Shown: one piece after another, positions 37,729-49,635 of the stretch
How the letters are laid out: each line of letters begins with the position of its first letter
Position numbering within the stretch: the first letter of the stretch is position 1
Origin: Octopus bimaculoides
Taxonomy: Eukaryota
Assembly: GCF_001194135.2 (NCBI RefSeq)
Contig: NC_068989.1
Location: 26,156,091-26,205,725, forward strand
Length of the DNA stretch: 49,635 bases
Direction: 5' to 3'
Notes under the pieces: model-generated
The model's database searches: none
What the model saw: the letters and a program-made list of their open reading frames with translations, nothing else
Told to the model about the DNA's origin: nothing
Translations under genes and position numbers: made by a program

Positions 37729-37775
<47 letters not shown>

Positions 37776-37850
37776 TAGTGGTGGTAGCAGCAGCATCAGC
37801 AGCAGCTGTGGGAATAGCAGTCACAGCTGTAGTAGTGGGGAGTAGTTGTG
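37595..37850 (+). repeat. ~70-bp unique unit followed by a (TAG)n/(CAG)n array, copy 1
   Basis: atcatgttagcta...catttgacgt..gacaaatcggac.cg.tttatg.tgtag is shared with 45517-45584. Confidence 0.75.
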
Positions 37851-38049
37851 GTAAGAGTAGAATATTATACATGTCTGTTTTATTGTAAATATTTTGTTTT
37901 ATATTAGCAGTGCGTGAACACATATATGTCTACAAGCACATAAGCAAAGATAACCACATCCATAAACGCATACATATAAAGATGAATAGATATATGTATA
38001 TATATATGTACACACATATATTGATAAGCTTGTATATATGACGTAAGAA

Positions 38050-38141
38050 GTTGGATTCCCAACCACCGGGCTCCGTGTTCAGTCTCAATGCCTGGCTCCT
38101 TGTGAGTGGATTTGGTAGACGGAAACTGAAAGAAGCCTGTC

Positions 38142-38196
<55 letters not shown>

Positions 38197-38220
38197 TGTG
38201 TGTCTGTTTTGTCACCCCCA
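38050..38220 (+). mobile_element. 5' and central part of the microsatellite-bearing SINE
   Basis: ccttgtgagtggatttggtagacggaaactgaaagaagcc followed by (AT)n(GT)n, then gtctgttttgtcacccca, which continues like positions 45-62. Confidence 0.65.
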
Positions 38221-38954
38221 AATTACTATGCATATACGTATGTATATGTCTACATACATACATATATATATATACATAAACATATATATATATATATANN
38301 NNNNNNNNNNNNNNNNNNNNNNNNNNNNNNNNNNNNNNNNNNNNNNNNNNNNNNNNNNNNNNNNNNNNNNNNNNNNNNNNNNNNNNNNNNNNNNNNNNNN
38401 NNNNNNNNNNNNNNNNNNNNNNNNNNNNNNNNNNNNNNNNNNNNNNNNNNNNNNNNNNNNNNNNNNNNNNNNNNNNNNNNNNNNNNNNNNNNNNNNNNNN
38501 NNNNNNNNNNNNNNNNNNNNNNNNNNNNNNNNNNNNNNNNNNNNNNNNNNNNNNNNNNNNNNNNNNNNNNNNNNNNNNNNNNNNNNNNNNNNNNNNNNNN
38601 NNNNNNNNNNNNNNNNNNNNNNNNNNNNNNNNNNNNNNNNNNNNNNNNNNNNNNNNNNNNNNNNNNNNNNNNNNNNNNNNNNNNNNNNNNNNNNNNNNNN
38701 NNNNNNNNNNNNNNNNNNNNNNNNNNNNNNNNNNNNNNNNNNGAATACAGAGGGGACACAATACAAGGTATTGCTTTTCTCTTAGAAAGAAAAGAAAAAA
38801 AGGGAGAAGAAAATAAATTTATGATGAAAAGAGTTCGTGTAAAAAAATAAAAACGATCAAAAGGGATCGTGTATCAAAGAGAATCTCAAAAAGGTAAAAA
38901 CAGATTAGGTTTAACCGTGGAAAGACAAGCCTGCGAAATATACCACGGTAACCT

Positions 38955-41900
38955 TTAGCAGGGTGGGAAAAAACACCGATTTCCAGGATCATGCTCATTC
39001 ACCCACCTTTTATTGAAACTTTCACGAGACAAAACTTGCCTCTCTATTCTTTCCTTCCTTTTCAAGTGGAACTTGAAAAGGTTGAGCGATTGGCCAGAGA
39101 GGAAAGTGTTCTTCTGTAAACCTTTCGCACGAGTCTTCCACACAAACTTTTTACCATGGCCATCAGTAAAATGAAGACTGCCTTGCCTTCCCTGTTAAGC
39201 GAAGGTGGCGGAGTAATTTTCACGATAGACTCGGCCGACAGCCGAATTCGTCCCACATGTGACAGGAGTTGTTCGGCATAAGCCCACAGGTCTGAAATGG
39301 TTGGCCACTGCACGATTTCGTGCAGAAGGGTTTCGTCGCTCTGACCGCATCTCGGAAAAAGTCGGTCCGGTGTGTCTCGAACCGTGCCTGCAGAGCTTAT
39401 CCCGAACGGGATAAGCACTGCCAGGCCAGATATATCTGGTGATTGTCCATAGGTTCCGGCCCGAAAGTTGACCTGAACAGGCATGTCAGATGTTCCCCGT
39501 CCACGCCCAAATCCGGGCCGAGAAAATTGTCGCACCTCCCCTAGTCCTCCATAGAATGCCTTTGTGGAATTGAAATCGCACAAGTTTGGTCCCGGACGGC
39601 AGAGTTGCTTGAGCGCAAGATGGCACTCACGTGCCATTCGCCTAGCCTCAGTCTCTGACCCACGACTGCTATTCGGCCAAAGAGACGAGCTGCGGGAAAG
39701 TGCGCCGCACAGACGGTGACTTCACCTGTTCACCGTCGTCTGTAACGCGCCGGATATATCGCAGTCTCAGCGCATGTTTGCGCATCATCAGCTACGGCAT
39801 GCCCAGACCTCCATTTAGCATGTGTTGACAGCAAATGCATCGCCAAACCATAGGAGTATTTCCCTTCCACAAAAGCGGAAGAGTATGCGTTCCATGTTGG
39901 CGACAGTGGGGTCGGGACAAGGCACGACGGTCAGACGGCAATCAATGACGGATTCCATGTACGCGTTCGCCACCTCTTCCCGACCTTTTAGGGATAGCTT
40001 CCTCTCGGCCTTTTACTGGGTGAGAGTGGTCACCTTACACGTTATCTCATCCCAGTTCTTCTCTATTTGGAGGCCCGGACCGAGCCAGACTCCAACCAGT
40101 TTAACCGGTCGGTCGGTTCAGCGTCCCACGATGGAGACGGCATGGGCTTGCTTCTCCACGTGCCAGGCCGCAAACCCACTGACATTTTTACGGTTAATTT
40201 TTGCTCCCGTTTTACCGCTTCGTATTCTTTTAGTGTCTCGCTGACCAGGTCGATATGCCTGTGTCTCGACACTATCACCGTGACGTCGTCCGCGTATGCA
40301 GACACGCTCCTCCCACATCCCAGCTTTTGTGAGATGCCCCTCAACGCTGCTTGATTCCGCAGTAGTGGCTCAAGAGTCAATACGTACAGAAGCGACGGGA
40401 GGGGGCATCCTTGACGAACCGAACGCATGATGTTAAATGGCCTGGAAAGATGACCATTTACGCAAACTACCGAGCGGATGTCGCTATATAAGGCAGCAAA
40501 CCAACCGCGGAAGACGGGAGCGAAACCAGCCGCTCTAAGGACAGTCTCCAAGTAGCGATGGTCTACCCTATCGAAAGCTTTTGATTGATCCAAATTGATA
40601 AGCGCCCCATCCACGCCAGATTCATTAACTACACTGTCTATGACGTAGCGCATCAGATGGAGGTTGTCATGGATACTTCTACCCCGCACAGCGCACGTTT
40701 GCGCCTTGTTGACCAGTTTCTCAATGACAAACGCCAACCTCTCGGTTAAAACCTTGGCCAAAATCTTTAAATCTGCGTTGAGCAGAGTGACGGGCCTGAA
40801 GTTATATATGAAGTTCCCCTTGTTTGAATCTTTCTTTAGCAGTGCCACCGTTCCTTGCTTAACTGAAACGGGGATATTCCTGTTTTGCTGCTAGTTGCAG
40901 TAGACAGCTGCCAAGACACTTCCAAACAAGTCTGGATTATGACAATAAAGTTCGTAGGGCAGACCATCCAAGCCTAGTGACTTATCTCCCGCGCGGCCTG
41001 CCGTCGCATCCCTTACGTCCACGGCTGTGATGGGTCTTTCACAACACTCCACCTCTCTTGCCGAGAGTCGTGGCAGGTCATGCAGGTAGAAACTAAAGTC
41101 CACTCTGCGTTCTGACCCACCAGTTGTCCTGAACAGTCTGGCAAATTGTTGTTAAAAGGCTTCACACATCTTTTCAGGCTCGAGTAATTCGCGAAACTGC
41201 TCATATGTCAGAGACCTAATGGTGGATTTCTAGTCTCCTTGCACCTCCGCCACTCGGTCCTCTAGAGCGGCTCCAGATCCTTCGTTCCTCAGACCACGCA
41301 TCCGAGCTCTGACAACGCATCCTTCATGATTGGCGTTGACGTGTTGGGCGGAGGCCAACCTCACCACCATATATTGAACGCGATGCCAGTTCTAAGTGCC
41401 TCTTCTAATTTTTTAACTAGGTTTCCCTCTATTCTAATCCGGTCTAATGCTAGAGCCTTGTTCTACCTAACCGATTCTGCTTTAATTGCTTTCTTTAGGG
41501 CATACCGCCATCTATTGTTGACGATGGCGCCCGTCAATGCTCTCTTAACTAATGTGCTAATGCGATCCCTGTAATCCTGGCGTGCCGTGAACGACGCGTT
41601 TAGCTTCCAGTAACCGGGACACTGCCTATGTCTTATCTAATCAAGTGTACAAGTCACAAATTTTGTTTTCTGTGTAGCTGACTATATGGAATTGTGGACA
41701 ACCTGCACTATTTTTATCCACTGTTCTACACAATACTTTATCTAAATACGATCTCCATGTTTTGTGCCGTCCATTTCTTACGATATCGAGGAGGAAATTC
41801 ATATCTTGATCCATGTCCACATTGGCACATTCGGGTAGTCCAGTCGGTACCTGTCGGACAGTGGAAAACGTCTGAGAAGGAATTTAAGGCATTTATATTC

Positions 41901-42346
41901 CCTTCTATTACTATATCTGCCCACGTAGTCTAGATGCGTGTCCAAGGTAGCGTTTCAATCCCCCACTAAAAGTAAACATGGAGACGTTCCAAGGAAAACC
42001 TCTAGACTTCGAAAGAAATATGGCCGACATGTTAAAGACGGTGCATAACTTGTTATCAGACGAAAATGACACCTATTATTGCTATCGATATCCAAGACGA
42101 CCAGTTTACCTTCCGGGTCTAGGAAAATTGCTCTTACTTTAAAGTCCAGACTCTTCCGAAAAAACACCGCGGTGCCAATTCCGCCAATTCTCGGCAGACA
42201 GAGAGAAAAAGAAATGTCGAAATGTCTGCCGAACATGAACTTGTGTCTAGTCTCGTTGATGACTACGATATGCAGATTCTGGGACTTGATGTCATTTATG
42301 AAGGCGACCACAAGCTATCTACATTTAAACTACCTATTTTCAGCAT
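38955..42346 (-). pseudogene. Tx1 ORF2 remnant (APE endonuclease plus reverse transcriptase), disrupted
   Basis: MLKIGSLNV...INET...GTAVFF...YAP...LVGD*N; PGYWKLN; NFRPVTLLNADLKILAKVL...LDQSKAFDRVDH...VRQGCPL...AYADDVTV; stops and frameshifts. Confidence 0.9.
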
Positions 42347-42399
42347 GTCCCTGTCGAAAGTTGTGTCTTACACACGAAAGAGAATGGGAGAGCGAGTCA

Positions 42400-44118
42400 C
42401 TTACTGTCCGAAAGGTGTTTGTCCTGCACTTCCCCAACTTCTGCCAGTGTCCTTCACTTCCCCGACTTCTGCCAGAAGGTTTTTATTTTTGAAATCACCC
42501 TACTGCATCCGGGTAGAGAGATTTCAGTGTGCTGTGTGTGTTCTGTGTTTTGTGTATGACTTTAATGTGTTGTGGTGGTGTTGTACGTGGGTGATTATTT
42601 GTTTTGGTATCGTATTCTGTTATGTTGGTGTTTAACCTAATGTATTCTATTAGGTCTGGATTGTTAGTGTTTATAGCTGTCAACATTGCTGGGACATTTG
42701 GTGCTTGTTTGTTTGTGTCGATGCTTTTGTTTTCTCCAGGTGATTTGGTCTCGGGAGTGGTAAACCTCCCTGCTTTGTTTGCCTGCTTCTCTATTCTTTT
42801 TTATACCCCTTATTCTCCTTCCTCCTGTGGCCACTTGCCAATCCTCTGTCTCGTATTCACCTCACGACATGTCGGAGAAATCAGAAGGTGGGTGGGAAGG
42901 GACATCGAATCTATTTTTGAGTGTGTTGATTTTGTTGTTGGTGTTGGTGCTGATTGGTGAAAGTTGGGATGTAATGCATGGGTTCGAGGGGCAGGATATG
43001 AGTCCTTTTGGTTTTATCTTCTTCCTTTGGAGTTGTTTGGTAGTGATGGTGATGATGGTGTTGTTTCTGTTCTTGGTGGTGCTGGTGGTGGTGATGTTTG
43101 GTTGGGCTGGCTTGTTGGTTGCTGATGTTTCCTCATTTGTTTGCAGAGCTGTTTAATTAGTTGTGCATATGGCGGTGTGGGTAGCAGTTGTGCTTTTTTG
43201 TTTTTTGTTTTCTTGTGGCTGTTGTTGTTGCTGTTTCTGTGCTAGTGGGCAGCTGATTTTCAGGTGTGATTTGCTACCACAAACGTAGCGATGTAGCTTT
43301 CTACCTTCGACGGCCACATTCAAATACGAATCGGCTATCAGTTTCATTTGATGTGGAATTTTTTCAAAGGTGATCGGATCAATTTGAGCAAGGATTTCAA
43401 CTCCTTGACCAATCCAATTTTGCTGGTCCAGGACAGCGATTTCCATGATATGGATTTCCTCCTCGATATCGTAACAAATTACAGACAAAGCCATTTTATT
43501 TTTATTTCAGGGGGAAGATTTTTGATTTTGATTTTTGTGACCCTTCCACCAAGGTATTTAAGGTTCATTGTTACATTGTTGCATTCAAAAGACTTTATGG
43601 AGAGTTCCTTGGCTCGGTCTTCACTGTCGAATCTCACTTCGATCGTGGCAAATTTGTTTCCCGTAGTGATATAGCCTTTAAAGGACCATAGAGGCCTTAA
43701 ACATTTTTCTACTGTGTCTTGAGTGGCCGTTTCGTATAGGTTTCTTTTTAGGTTGAGTGTCTTGTAAATAATTGGGGATTGTTTTGAGAATTTTTGTGGT
43801 GTCTGTAGTTGTATGGTGAACTCGTCGTTTTAAAGATTGCATTGCAGGTAAGCAGTTCTTCCTTCGAACGAACATGATTCTTTTCTTCAGCTTTAAAGCT
43901 GCGACAAAATTGTTTTGAGTGTTCGTGTTGGTTGTGGTGGGATTGCGGTGGTGGTGGCTGTGGTGGAGGCAGTGTTTATAGTAGTAAATGCTGTGTTTGT
44001 TTCTTAGTTTGTATCTTCTAAAGCCTGTGTGCGTTAAAGCGGAACGACTTAGTGTTCAGCTTCCCTCTGGCTTTGGTAGAGGCTGGAAGTCAATGGCATG
44101 TCGGTTCGATTTAGCCAT
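42400..44118 (-). pseudogene. Tx1 ORF1 remnant (gag-like), disrupted
   Basis: FATIEVRFDSE...YLGGRVTKIKIKNLPPEI; VEGRKLHRYVCGSKSHLKISCP (degenerate CCHC); long T/Q/N-rich low-complexity C-terminus. Boundaries approximate. Confidence 0.7.
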
Positions 44119-44410
44119 TTTCGTTTAGAATAGGGCAAGGAAACCTGAGAATTTTTTTTTTTTATTTTGGAAATGCACTCCGAGTAGAGAAATTTCCAAC
44201 TACAAGGGTTCAAGGAGATGAAGTCACAAAACTCTGTCACAAAAAAATATTCCACAATTGAACAGCTTTTCTACACAAAAAAGCGAACTTACTTGGAGCC
44301 GATTTTTCTACAGTCCTTTCACGTCAAAGATAGCCAAGATAGATACATACATACATCCATAACTAGATAGATAGATGGATAGATAAATAGTTACACACAC
44401 ATATAAATAT

Positions 44411-44451
<41 letters not shown>

Positions 44452-44882
44452 NNNNNNNNNNNNNNNNNNNNNNNNNNNNNNNNNNNNNNNNNNNNNNNNN
44501 NNNNNNNNNNNNNNNNNNNNNNNNNNNNNNNNNNNNNNNNNNNNNNNNNNNNNNNNNNNNNNNNNNNNNNNNNNNNNNNNNNNNNNNNNNNNNNNNNNNN
44601 NNNNNNNNNNNNNNNNNNNNNNNNNNNNNNNNNNNNNNNNNNNNNNNNNNNNNNNNNNNNNNNNNNNNNNNNNNNNNNNNNNNNNNNNNNNNNNNATATA
44701 TATACATACATACATACATATATACGTGTATATATGGCTGTCTTTACTTATTCAGAAAGCTTCAGTAGCATGAAATAAAACGCTTTAACGCTGGAACTCA
44801 AAGTGAACGAACCTATAAATACCTGAATGTCGAATAAAGGATTTAAAAGGCCCTTGCGTAGAAGAAAATTGAAGAAAATAGT

Positions 44883-45102
44883 TTTATTGCCCACACGTGA
44901 CTAAATATAGAGGGGACAAACAAGGACAGACGAGGGGATTGAGTCGATTATATCGACCCCACCGCGTAACTGGTACTTAATTTATCAGCCCCGAAAGGAC
45001 GACAGGCAAACTCAACCTCGGCGGAATTTGAACTCAGAACGTAACGACAGACGAAATACCGCTAAAGATCTCGCCCGGCGTGCTAACGTTTCTGCCAGCT
45101 CG
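44883..45102 (-). mobile_element. tRNA-headed SINE, tail type I
   Basis: Head gagctggcagaaacgttagcacgccggg, B box gttctgagttcaaattcc, tail ccttgtttgtcccctctatatttag..gtgggcaataaa. Confidence 0.85.
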
Positions 45103-45235
45103 ACTTTTTAACCCAATGTCCTAGCTTTATTTACATATGCATGCATACATATATATTTGCATATGCATACACACACACATGAACACACGCACATATAGAC
45201 GTGCACAACACATACATACATGTATGTATTATTTT

Positions 45236-45290
45236 ATACTTTTTCTTGCTTCAGTCATTTGATTTAAAGTATGCTGGAGCACCGCGTTAA
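45236..45290 (-). mobile_element. 3' end fragment of the microsatellite-bearing SINE
   Basis: Reverse complement of gcggtgctccagcat...tcaaatgactgaagcaagaaaa (cf. 190-246). Confidence 0.6.
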
Positions 45291-45516
45291 TGATATCTGA
45301 TTACATCTCCAGTACTGCACGGAATACACACACATACACACACACGCACAGACACACACACAAACATATATATACACACAGACACACACACAGACACATA
45401 CACACACACACACCTATATATGATGCTTTATTATTCGTCATGCATAATGGTAATTTCAGATCAATCATGTCACCACAATGTACTGTAGTATAATGGTCTA
45501 TTTGACACATTTAATA

Positions 45517-45588
45517 ATCATGTTAGCTACATATTCTTAAGCAGCATTTGACGTGAGACAAATCGGACTCGGTTTATGTTGTAGCTAG

Positions 45589-45646
<58 letters not shown>

Positions 45647-45647
45647 C

Positions 45648-45693
<46 letters not shown>

Positions 45694-45712
45694 ATAGGGT
45701 TAGGGTTAGGGT
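45517..45712 (+). repeat. ~70-bp unit followed by a (TAG)n array ending in TTAGGG repeats, copy 2
   Basis: Shared with 37595-37662; tagggttagggttaggg at 45695-45711. Confidence 0.75.
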
Positions 45713-45986
45713 CAGAAGAGAATTCACATAAAACACAAGCAACTGGTCAGCAGCAGCAAATGTTCAGGAAATATATGAAAATACTTGCATGCAAACATCA
45801 TCAAATAGAAGCTAATGGAATGATCAATTGCTACATTTTTCGTTTTAGAATTGCTGACATTTTATGAAACAACACTTTGTCTTAGTGGCATTATAGGAAT
45901 CTAATTCTCAAAATTTTCCAATACATATTTTTATTTTTACCTAATATATTTATACATACACAGGCACACACCCAAATCTGTATATA

Positions 45987-46085
<99 letters not shown>

Positions 46086-47156
46086 GTGTGTGTGTATGTG
46101 TGTGTGCGTGTGTGTGTGTCTGTGTGCGCCTGTATTTACATATGTGTGTGTATGTATGTATGCGTATGGCTGGGTGTATACATATATTTCCGATTATTAT
46201 TAATCAATATTTTCACGCATTCTTTCCGACACAATTTGCCTTTCAATTTTTTTACGGTGTTTACTTTTCTTTCTGGTTTCACGATTAATATTCTCTTCAT
46301 TCTTTTATATTTATTTACCACAAGCCTTGCATTAGAGTTCAAAGTACAGTTTAAAGTAGGCAACTTCTTTTTCATAATCAATGAATTACCCATTTCTTAC
46401 GAGTGCAGCTGACCAAAAAGACCACAATCAATGAATATGTATAGAATGTGGTGTGCAATAAACTCGTCAAATGTGTGTTGACATGAAACAAATTGTTATC
46501 TATGACGGTTAATCTGCTTTTAATATTGCTATAAACTTAGATATATTTACGCATATATAAATATTATATTTATGCATGCGTATATACATATATATATATA
46601 TATATATTAATATGTATGTGTGTGTGTGTGTGAGTATATTCATTTATCCACATATGCATCTCATACAAATAGTGCATAAATATTAGATGAAATTTTAAAA
46701 CATAAGAATATAACGTGTTGTAGAAGGAAAAGAAATATTTGCATCTTGTATGCATGGCGTGAAATATCTTTTGTGTATTTAATAATATACATGATATTTG
46801 TCTTCGTGCGTAGAAAACAAGATAATTCTGAAGTATTTCAGAAATAATGCATTCAACTAATTCTTAAGTAATTCTTAATTTTGGAATAGAAGGGCAATTC
46901 TTAGATTAACTAACTCTAAATGAGTGATAAATTCTGAACGCATAAGTGAGCATTTACCCCGCCCCCAAATTGCAGCATTCTTAAGAGAACACCGTAAATC
47001 AAATCTATTAAAATTTCCCATATAAAATCTCGAGATTTCTTCATACTAGAAATAATTCAAATACTAGAAACTAGTCATCTAGAGCCTTTGAGTGCTGTAA
47101 TCTGTTGTGTCTTGATAAATCAATTATAAAAGGGATGTTGTTTATACAAGAGGCCA

Positions 47157-47865
47157 AATTGTATGTACGTCGCCATATGTATGTAAAAAAGGAATACAAA
47201 AATGGTACAAGGACGAAAAACATCCAGACAGATGATACAAAAAATGGACCAGAAAAAGCAAGGACGTTGATTCGGAGTTTTTTTCTTCAGTCGAGTTCCA
47301 GATTATCTTTGCAATTTCGGCTGGTCATACTCGAAATTGCTCTAATCTGGTCAGCCCTAAGGAAAAACTAAGCTAAGAGCACTAGTTTCCTTGGAGGAAA
47401 GCAGCGAATGTATACGAAAGTAAGGACGGAAAATCCCGGAGAAATGGTACACAAATACAAATGCAAATAACAGGACATTAACAACAAGTGTCCTTTGACT
47501 AAGGACGAATTAAATTAAGCTGGCGTGCGTGGAAGTGAAGCCATACGGCAAGGACATAAGAGATGACAGGCATGGAGAGGAATATAGATGTTTCATGGAT
47601 GGTAGTCGAAGATTCGCTGCTTTCTTCCAAGGAATCTAAAGTTCTTAGCTAAGTTTTACGTTGGGGCTGGCCAGATTGGAGCAATCTCGAGTATAACCAA
47701 CAGAAATTGCAAAGATAATCTGGATCTGAGGAGAGAAAACTCCGAATCACCAGTCCTTGTTTTTAAATCAACTGTTTGGGTGTTTTATTGTCCGTTTTTT
47801 TGTATTATCTAAATGTCTGGATGTTTTGCGTACTTTCCCATTTTTTAAATCATACATCATACAAT
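47157..47865. mobile_element. Inverted-repeat element, ~250-bp arms with a ~200-bp spacer
   Basis: Arms 47157-47409 and 47612-47865, e.g. the perfect 21-bp pair ccagattatctttgcaatttc (47298-47318) / gaaattgcaaagataatctgg (47703-47723). Confidence 0.9.
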
Positions 47866-47944
47866 CCTGAATATGAACTGTGAAACCATAAAACATANNN
47901 NNNNNNNNNNNNNNNNNNNNNNNNNNNNNNNNNNNNNNNTATAT

Positions 47945-48621
47945 ATATATATATATATATATATGGTTCTTATATTTGGTTTGCTAGATTCTTTATGTCA
48001 ATTCGTGTTTCGAAGCATATTTTATTGTGTCTGGGAAGAGTCATTCTCCTTTAGTGCCAAGTTAATTTAACACACTCAGCGGGCCGATTTCCACTCATTT
48101 ACGTATTTATTTTACTAAAATTTTCGTTGCGTCTTCTAACTTTTTCAATAGTCGTTGACTCTGTCTGTTATCGGAACTGTGTTCTTTAGTTTTGTTTATT
48201 TTTTTCTGCGCACGCGTATGCGTCAATGCGCGTGCGAATACGCATATGTATGCAATCATGCATGTGTGTATGCACGTTTGTGTGTGTATGCATATGTATA
48301 TGTGTGCATGTGTGCACGTAAGTATGTATGCACTCTGCATATATGTGCGTATGCATATATGCATGTATGGATGTGTGCACGTTTGTATGTTTGTATGTAT
48401 TCTTCATAACCAAGTGCTTCTATGTTCATGTTTGTGTGTTTGTATATATGTGTATGTGTTTGTATACCCCTTCCGCCTTGTGTGTGCGTGTTTGTGTGTG
48501 TCAGTGTATAGGTTTGTGTGATTATGTACGTTCATCCATTACGTATGAATGTGTGTTTTCATATGTCTCCATATACGAAGTGTGCATGTATATATCATGT
48601 CTTTCAGTCTTTAATTGTATG

Positions 48622-48652
<31 letters not shown>

Positions 48653-49420
48653 ATACATAGATACATACAAATGCAGTCAGAAACGCATGATCATATACAC
48701 ACACGCACNNNNNNNNNNNNNNNNNNNNNNNNNNNNNNNNNNNNNNNNNNNNNNNNNNNNNNNNNNNNNNNNNNNNNNNNNNNNNNNNNNNNNNNNNNNN
48801 NNNNNNNNNNNNNNNNNNNNNNNNNNNNNNNNNNNNNNNNNNNNNNNNNNNNNNNNNNNNNNNNNNNNNNNNNNNATAATCACACAAAGCCATAAACAGA
48901 GACACACAAATATGCACAGACAAGGAAACAGAGGTACACACACAAATGCACACACACACTAACACACAAAAACACACTCGAGCACGTACACAAACACACT
49001 AACATGAACACACAAGTACATGAACATGCATACACACATTCAAGCATACACACATACATACAGAGAATATACATACATACAACCGTGTACACATGAATAC
49101 ATATATATGCGTACACACACATACACGCATACATACATCCATACATACGTACTTACATAAATACATACATACATACATACATACATGCATATGCGTATGC
49201 GCACGCACACTGACGCACACGCATACACACAAACATAAAAAAAGCCAAAAGAACAACGCAGTTCTGATAACGAACACAGTAAAAAATTATTGAAAAGATT
49301 ACAATACGAAACTAAAATTGTAGTAGAAATATATAAGTAACTCTATGGAAATAGGACCGGTGAGTGTGTTAAATTAATAAGGCAATAAAAGTAAATGACT
49401 CTCTCTAGACATAATAATAT
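47945..49420. mobile_element. Foldback element, copy 2 (same family as 28149-29250)
   Basis: Left ttaatttaacacactcagcgggccgatttcc vs right ggaaataggaccggtgagtgtgttaaattaa. Inner arms end at gtttgtgtgattat / ataatcacacaaagc; ggaaacagaggtacacacacaaat is shared with the 28-kb copy. Confidence 0.85.
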
Positions 49421-49635
49421 ACACACATACATGTTTCTATGTATCTATATATAATCAAAATAAGCAACAGAATATGTTGTTGCTTCTTTTGATTTTATTC
49501 AACTTACTTTGAGTTCTACGGATAATAAAGCACTGATTTGGTACTTCAACGTAAGTACCTAATTCAACTGAATCTCAATTATATCTTTATACATACATAC
49601 ATACATACATACATATTTATATATATATATATATA

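Larger units (their letters stand above)
38743..44340 (-). mobile_element. Near full-length decayed Tx1-clade (L1 group) LINE
   Basis: Gag-like ORF1 with a degenerate zinc knuckle, ORF2 with APE endonuclease and RT, and a T-rich 3' UTR running into the N gap. Confidence 0.9.

Noticed and set aside
46136-46393. K-rich minus ORF MGNSLIMKKKLP...
   Set aside because: A compositional product of T-rich DNA that runs into a microsatellite; no domain.

Overview
AT-rich, microsatellite-dense animal genomic DNA, most likely an octopus (I recognise the SINE families as octopus-type; not database-confirmed). There are 13 N-gaps, mostly beside (AT)n, (CA)n or other simple repeats. I found no host protein-coding exon, rRNA, true tRNA gene or CRISPR array that I can support. 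The window is a transposon graveyard. It holds about 12 fragments of R4/Dong-clade (RLE-endonuclease) non-LTR retrotransposons, all on the minus strand and mostly joined end to end by (TAA)n arrays. It also holds a near full-length decayed Tx1 (L1-clade) LINE, a Penelope-like RT fragment, two deleted Tc1/mariner elements, several modular SINEs and four long foldback elements. Best leads: (1) a (TAA)n-targeting R4/Dong system with a ~520-bp non-coding, TAA-flanked candidate partner and a degenerate HDV-like ribozyme in the one intact 5' UTR; (2) a tRNA-headed SINE whose tail matches the Tx1 3' end; (3) recursive-splice-site-like AG|GTAA motifs made by the antisense of the R4 RLYLPR codons. All family assignments come from motif recognition by eye and need database confirmation.
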